A DNA stretch of 64,000 bases from assembly GCA_964435165.1 (NCBI GenBank), contig CAYSXY010000006.1, positions 396 through 64,395 of the forward strand, written 5' to 3'. Numbering within the stretch: the stretch's first letter is position 1; every line of letters begins with the position of its first letter. The translations under genes were made by a program, and so were the position numbers. The DNA is from an uncultured Rickettsiales bacterium. GTDB lineage: Bacteria > Pseudomonadota > Alphaproteobacteria > Rickettsiales > RI-342. The notes below the pieces were generated by a model. It saw only the letters and a list, made by a program, of their open reading frames with translations. It did not search any database and had not been told where the DNA came from. Below are positions 59,379 through 64,000 of this stretch, piece after piece.

Positions 59379-60521
59379 CTAGGATCGTTGATCGTACTGC
59401 ATCACCAGCTTCGCCAGCGCTTCCGTCGCATCCGGCTTGCCGCAACGATGTGCTTTGGACGCTGCATCGCTCAGTTGTGCCGGTGCCTTTAGCCAGTCAG
59501 ACAACAGAGTTGTCAGCCGATCCGGGGTAAAATCCGGCTCGCTCAGCAGCCAGGCACCGCCCGCCTCTACCATTGCCTCCGCGTTGAAACGTTGATGGTC
59601 ATCCATCGCATGGGGATATGGCACAAACAGCGCTGGACGACCGGCAACAGCTAATTCCGCGACAGATGAAGCGCCCGCACGCGAAATCACCAGATGTGCC
59701 CTGGCAATATACTGTGCAACATCCGGAAAGAACGGGGCAAGCGTCACCGGCATCTGCAAAGACTCATAAAACGCTTGTACACGAGCCAGATCTTCCTCGC
59801 GACATTGCTGCGTGAGTGACAGGCGCTGTCTCACTTCGCCCGGCAGTTGCTTGATCGCTTTTGGCACCACATCACTAAAAACCGTCGCCCCCTGACTCCC
59901 CCCTAATACCAATAAGGAGAGCGTATCATCATGGAGTGGCGGGTAACCTATGCCACGCAGCTGGCAGATGGCCTCTCTTACCGGATTGCCTGTATAGTCG
60001 CGTCGTCCACGCATGGATGATGGCCATCCCTTGCTCTCAGCAAATGACGTCGCAACGACAGTGACATATCGGGCAAATAACCGGTTGGTACGGCCCAGGA
60101 GTGCGTTTTGCTCATGAATAATGGTAGGAGTGCGACATAACAGGGCGGCCATGATTGCGGGAAAGGACGGATATCCGCCGAATCCCACCGCAGCAACGGG
60201 CTGACATTGCCGGATCACACGCCGTGCCTGCCATATGCCACGCATCAGTGCAAATGCCCCTTTTATCTTACGCAATGGATGGCCCGCCAAACTGCCTGAA
60301 GGAACCGTGCAGCGTAACAGTTGCGATTCAGGATAATGGCTCAGGCCGGTTACATATCGTTCAAAGCGTTTATCGGTCACGAACAGGATACGATAACCAT
60401 GACGAATCAAGAACTCCGCCAGCGCTTCTGCCGGAAAAATATGTCCGCCCGTTCCCCCTGCCGCCAGCAAAACGGCCGGGCGCTGGTCTGAGTGGGCGTC
60501 ACGAGCATCACGCATCATCAT
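59379..60521 (-). CDS. murG: UDP-GlcNAc:lipid I GlcNAc transferase
   Basis: AAGGTGGHIFPAEALA N-terminal motif and GT28 layout. 4-nt overlap with the ftsW stop. Confidence 0.9.
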   Translation of the reverse strand: MMMRDARDAHSDQRPAVLLAAGGTGGHIFPAEALAEFLIRHGYRILFVTDKRFERYVTGLSHYPESQLLRCTVPSGSLAGHPLRKIKGAFALMRGIWQARRVIRQCQPVAAVGFGGYPSFPAIMAALLCRTPTIIHEQNALLGRTNRLFARYVTVVATSFAESKGWPSSMRGRRDYTGNPVREAICQLRGIGYPPLHDDTLSLLVLGGSQGATVFSDVVPKAIKQLPGEVRQRLSLTQQCREEDLARVQAFYESLQMPVTLAPFFPDVAQYIARAHLVISRAGASSVAELAVAGRPALFVPYPHAMDDHQRFNAEAMVEAGGAWLLSEPDFTPDRLTTLLSDWLKAPAQLSDAASKAHRCGKPDATEALAKLVMQYDQRS

Positions 60522-61690
60522 GCTGCCGTTTTTGGTTGTGAACGGTGATAAAGCCAGTGCATATCGTCTGAAATCTCCGGTACGGCACGCTCACCATAGC
60601 GGCGCCGTGTCAGGCATAATAGCATTCCCATCCCCAATGCACAGGCCATCACAGATGACCCCCCGTAACTAATGAAGGGCAGCGTCATTCCTTTGGTGGG
60701 TAACAGGTGCAGCGTCACCCCTATATTGATCATACTCTGCACCCCAAATTGCATGGTCAGACCGGCAATGGCCAGTGCCAGAAAGCGATCCTGCTCCTGC
60801 AATGCCCGATAGAGGGCACGAAAGCAAATCATGGCCGTTAACGTCAACACTACAACCAACGCTATCAGGCCGAATTCCTCCATTGCCGCCGCCATGATAA
60901 AGTCCGTATGTGCGTCCGGCAGATGCTGTTTCACCTCGCCTTTGCCTAAGCCAACGCCCAGTACACCCCCATGTTCAATAGCCTGGAGTGATTTACCCAC
61001 CTGGTAGCCTGCCTCATGCTCCGGAGCCATAAAGCTGTCAATGCGCGTGGTGACATGAGGTAATAACAGATATGCCATACCAAGTCCGACCAATCCGCAG
61101 CCTAACATGGCATAGACCAGGAGCCATGGCAGGCCAGCAAAAAATAACTGGGCCATCCATACGCTTGCGACCGTCACCACCATGCCTATATCCGGTTGCA
61201 ACACCAGGAGCGCAATCACCAGAAAACACAACGCAGATGCAAGCAGCATTGCCTGCTTTGGCGGTGCGTAGGCCAGAATATAAGCCGTCATGACTGCGAG
61301 CAGCGGCTTGACGAACTCTGAAGGCTGAAAGGAAATGCCGGCGATATCCATCCAGCGAGAGGCGCCTTTAATTTCGACCCCGATGAATAACACCAGCACC
61401 AGGCTCACAACACAGCCGACGAATAAACCAACCACGGCATATCGTAATAAAATGATGGGTAGCATCGATACAACGAGCATGCCTATTGCGCCGGTCACCA
61501 GAAATATCCAGTGGCGATGGACAAAAAAATCAGCGTCGAGCCCGAGCCGTGTGGCCACCGGCGGCCCACCGGCAAGCATAAGAACCGCCCCCACCAGAAT
61601 CAGGCTCAGTAATGAGATGAGCAGCACCCGATCCAGTGTGCGCCACCATCGACTGATCAACCCGCCATGCGTCCTGTCCAGGGTCGGCAT
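60518..61690 (-). CDS. ftsW: SEDS-family cell division protein FtsW
   Basis: ~10 TM, SEDS motifs (FQPSEF, GMTLPFISYGGSS). Confidence 0.9.
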   Translation of the reverse strand: MPTLDRTHGGLISRWWRTLDRVLLISLLSLILVGAVLMLAGGPPVATRLGLDADFFVHRHWIFLVTGAIGMLVVSMLPIILLRYAVVGLFVGCVVSLVLVLFIGVEIKGASRWMDIAGISFQPSEFVKPLLAVMTAYILAYAPPKQAMLLASALCFLVIALLVLQPDIGMVVTVASVWMAQLFFAGLPWLLVYAMLGCGLVGLGMAYLLLPHVTTRIDSFMAPEHEAGYQVGKSLQAIEHGGVLGVGLGKGEVKQHLPDAHTDFIMAAAMEEFGLIALVVVLTLTAMICFRALYRALQEQDRFLALAIAGLTMQFGVQSMINIGVTLHLLPTKGMTLPFISYGGSSVMACALGMGMLLCLTRRRYGERAVPEISDDMHWLYHRSQPKTAA

Positions 61691-61735
61691 GTATTTCTCC
61701 CTTAATGCCGCTTAACTCGACGCACTCACCCTAAC

Positions 61736-63124
61736 TTACCCTGATGACTTGCCAAGTTTTTTGTGAATCAGTTTCTTGAATTGTCGACCACGATCTTCAA
61801 AGTCGCTGAATTGATCAAATGAGGCACAGGCGGGTGACAGCAATATCACCGCTGGTGTATTGGTTCGCATGGCATCGCTGACGGCCTGAGATACCGCTGC
61901 TTCCAGGCTACCACTTTGCATCGCCGGCACGCCCCACTGTGATGCGGCCTGCATCAGCGATGGCGCTGCCTGACCGATCATGTAAGCGCGAATAATATGG
62001 GGCGCATATGGCTTGAGCATTTCCCAATTGTCACTCTTCGGCACTCCGCCAGCTATCCAGTAAATGCGCCTGTAAGCCGCCAGTGCTTTGGCAGCTGCTT
62101 CCGGATTCGTCGCCTTACTGTCGTTAATGGCCATAATTTCTTTGTACGTCATTACCGGCTCAAGGCGATGCTCCAGACCCGGAAAGCTTTTCAAACCTTT
62201 GCGAATGGCCTCCGGTGACACATCAAGGGTGAGCGCCACATTCGCCGCTGCCGCCACATTCTGGGCGTTGTGGCGCCCTTTCAGTGCTGGCATCTCATCG
62301 AGCATGAATCGCAGCGCTTCACCATCAACCGGTACTGTCACAGATTCTTCCGAGACCTCTATGCCTCCGCGCACCACATCCTGACTGATCGGCGTGATCG
62401 TGACCTTCTTGCCCAGCTTACGGCAATATCGCTCATAGACCTCGTGTGAATACGGGTCATCAATGCCGATAGTGATGTTGTCCCCTGCTTCGAGATGGCG
62501 AAAAATTCTCTGTTTAGCGTTGATATATCCGGGCATATCCCCATGCCGATCCAGATGGTCCGGACTGATATTGAGCCAGATTGCGTGATTGCAATGGAGT
62601 TGATCGACGAGATCTAACTGATAGGAGGAAAGCTCCAGTACATAGGCGCCCTGTTCACCAAGGGGCGGCAGGTCGAGCGCAGGAATACCAATATTCCCTC
62701 CGAGCTCCGCCTTCACCCCACCCTTGCGCAACAGGTGGTGGGTGAGCACTGCCGTGGTTGATTTGCCATTCGTTCCCGTGATGCCGATATAGGTGGCCTC
62801 GGGCTGCTGACGATAGAGCAACTCGATATCGCCTATAATCTCACACCCTGCTTTTCTGGCGGCATGCACCGCAGGGTGAGGCTCAGGATGGGTGAGCGGA
62901 ATGCCGGGGCTGAGCACCAGTGACTGAATATCATTCCATGGCATATCCTCAATGGAAGTGATGGTCGCTTTTCGTTCCGCCGCCCGTTCACGCGCCTGAG
63001 GTTGATCATCCCAGGCATGGACGACGGCTCCACCCGCGCGTAATGCCTTGATGGTTGCCAGCCCGGCCCGGCCGAGCCCGACCACGGCCAGCTGTTGATC
63101 CTTACAATGCGTGAGCGTCACCAT
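61736..63124 (-). CDS. murD: UDP-N-acetylmuramoylalanine--D-glutamate ligase
   Basis: VVGLGRAG N-terminal Rossmann fold, GITGTNGKSTT P-loop. TGATG junction with the mraY stop. Confidence 0.9.
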   Translation of the reverse strand: MVTLTHCKDQQLAVVGLGRAGLATIKALRAGGAVVHAWDDQPQARERAAERKATITSIEDMPWNDIQSLVLSPGIPLTHPEPHPAVHAARKAGCEIIGDIELLYRQQPEATYIGITGTNGKSTTAVLTHHLLRKGGVKAELGGNIGIPALDLPPLGEQGAYVLELSSYQLDLVDQLHCNHAIWLNISPDHLDRHGDMPGYINAKQRIFRHLEAGDNITIGIDDPYSHEVYERYCRKLGKKVTITPISQDVVRGGIEVSEESVTVPVDGEALRFMLDEMPALKGRHNAQNVAAAANVALTLDVSPEAIRKGLKSFPGLEHRLEPVMTYKEIMAINDSKATNPEAAAKALAAYRRIYWIAGGVPKSDNWEMLKPYAPHIIRAYMIGQAAPSLMQAASQWGVPAMQSGSLEAAVSQAVSDAMRTNTPAVILLSPACASFDQFSDFEDRGRQFKKLIHKKLGKSSG

Positions 63125-64000
63125 CAGCGTATCTTTAACGTCGACAGGCCAATCAAGGCCAGTACTGCCGCAATAATCCAGAAGCGAATCACAATGGTTG
63201 GTTCCTGCCAGCCTTTTTTCTCAAAATGGTGGTGGATCGGTGCCATGCGAAAAATCCGTTTGCCTGTCAGCTTGTAAGACCCGACCTGCAACATGACAGA
63301 GATGGCTTCCATCACAAACAGTCCACCGATAATCGCCAGGACAATTTCATGCTTGGTAATCACGGCAATGGTGCCTAATGAACCACCAAAGGATAGACTG
63401 CCCGTATCGCCCATAAAAATCATGGCGGGAGGGGCATTAAACCACAAGAAGCCAAGACTGGCCCCCACCAAAGCGGCACAGAACACAGCCATTTCACCGG
63501 CACCGGGCACGGCATGGATTTGCAGATAAGACGCAAACACCATATGCCCAACCAGGTAGCTGATCAGCGCAAAACACCCTGTGGCGATCATGATGGGAAC
63601 AATGGCCAGCCCATCCAGCCCGTCCGTCAAATTGACCGCATTTGACGAGCCAACAATGACGATTATGGCAAACAGCACATACAGCCAGCTTAAATCGAGC
63701 AGAATATCCTTGAAGAAGGGAAATGCCAGTGTACTGCGATGTTCAGGCAGCGCATAATATTGAATGGCGATGATGGCAATAAAACTGATGGTGAATTGAC
63801 CAAGCAGTTTCAACTTACCGGGCAGTCCTTTGCTATTGCGGCGTGAGACTTTCAGATAATCGTCCAAAAAGCCAAGCAATCCAAAACCTACGGTAACGCC
63901 TAAGACAATCCAGACATAATGATTGGTTAAGTCGGCCCAGAGCAGCGTCGATATCACGACTGCTAGCAGGATCATGATGCCGCCCATGGTTGGCGTGCCG
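63124..64000 (-). CDS. mraY: Phospho-N-acetylmuramoyl-pentapeptide transferase (5' end outside window)
   Basis: The frame stays open to base 64000 (…[11 protein letters not shown]…, as in E. coli MraY). Motifs [13 protein letters not shown] and PIHHHFE. Confidence 0.93.
   Translation of the reverse strand, partial: GTPTMGGIMILLAVVISTLLWADLTNHYVWIVLGVTVGFGLLGFLDDYLKVSRRNSKGLPGKLKLLGQFTISFIAIIAIQYYALPEHRSTLAFPFFKDILLDLSWLYVLFAIIVIVGSSNAVNLTDGLDGLAIVPIMIATGCFALISYLVGHMVFASYLQIHAVPGAGEMAVFCAALVGASLGFLWFNAPPAMIFMGDTGSLSFGGSLGTIAVITKHEIVLAIIGGLFVMEAISVMLQVGSYKLTGKRIFRMAPIHHHFEKKGWQEPTIVIRFWIIAAVLALIGLSTLKIR

Overview
This is a compact stretch of about 50% G+C (judged by eye, not computed), almost entirely core genome. 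It reads as an alphaproteobacterial chromosome. The clues are an alphaproteobacterial-type ICDH, a DUF1150 gene, the xerD / aroK-aroB-CNNM neighbourhood, a perfect CtrA box, and the dcw order murC-murB-ddl-ftsQ-ftsA-ftsZ.

I call 50 protein genes plus one speculative small ORF:
- secA (5' partial), xerD, aroK, aroB, icd, a UbiH-family hydroxylase, amtB, xthA, an M23 peptidase, lpxC, bamD, recN, ligA, prmA, pepP, uvrD
- GNAT, DUF1289, an AsmA-family protein, glmS, glmU, ftsK, lolA, rmuC, recR, ybaB, dnaX
- the distal dcw cluster ftsZ-ftsA-ftsQ-ddl-murB-murC-murG-ftsW-murD-mraY (mraY runs off the window end)

One RNA gene, the SRP (4.5S) RNA, lies at about 43620-43712. I saw no tRNA, rRNA, CRISPR array, transposase, prophage, toxin-antitoxin pair or recognisable defence module. 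Many ORF-track starts are upstream GTG/TTG artefacts. Revised starts, supported by SD sequences, stop/start junctions or family N-termini, are given per feature.

Non-ordinary content:
1. A tail-to-tail signalling pair. One gene is a catalytically degenerate GGDEF-like/EAL-like protein. The other is a cNMP-binding+FHA fusion that sits 16 nt behind glmS.
2. An ICDH carrying about 200 extra residues between its catalytic domain and its C-terminal domain.
3. Small non-autonomous repeat elements in three intergenic gaps. They comprise a 277-bp element bounded by terminal inverted repeats (TIRs) with TATA flanks, a second TIR-bounded element sharing a 74-nt core whose hairpin shows compensatory changes, and paired GTCAT..GC hairpins.
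4. Six lineage-specific-looking ORFans wedged into otherwise conserved gene blocks, two of them in reverse orientation (glmU|glmS and murB|ddl).
5. Convergent genes that share or abut stop codons, leaving no room for terminators.

I did not find a clear novel multi-gene system. The glmS-linked cNMP/FHA gene plus the degenerate GGDEF-EAL locus is the best candidate. All similarity statements are by eye and from memory; no searches were run.
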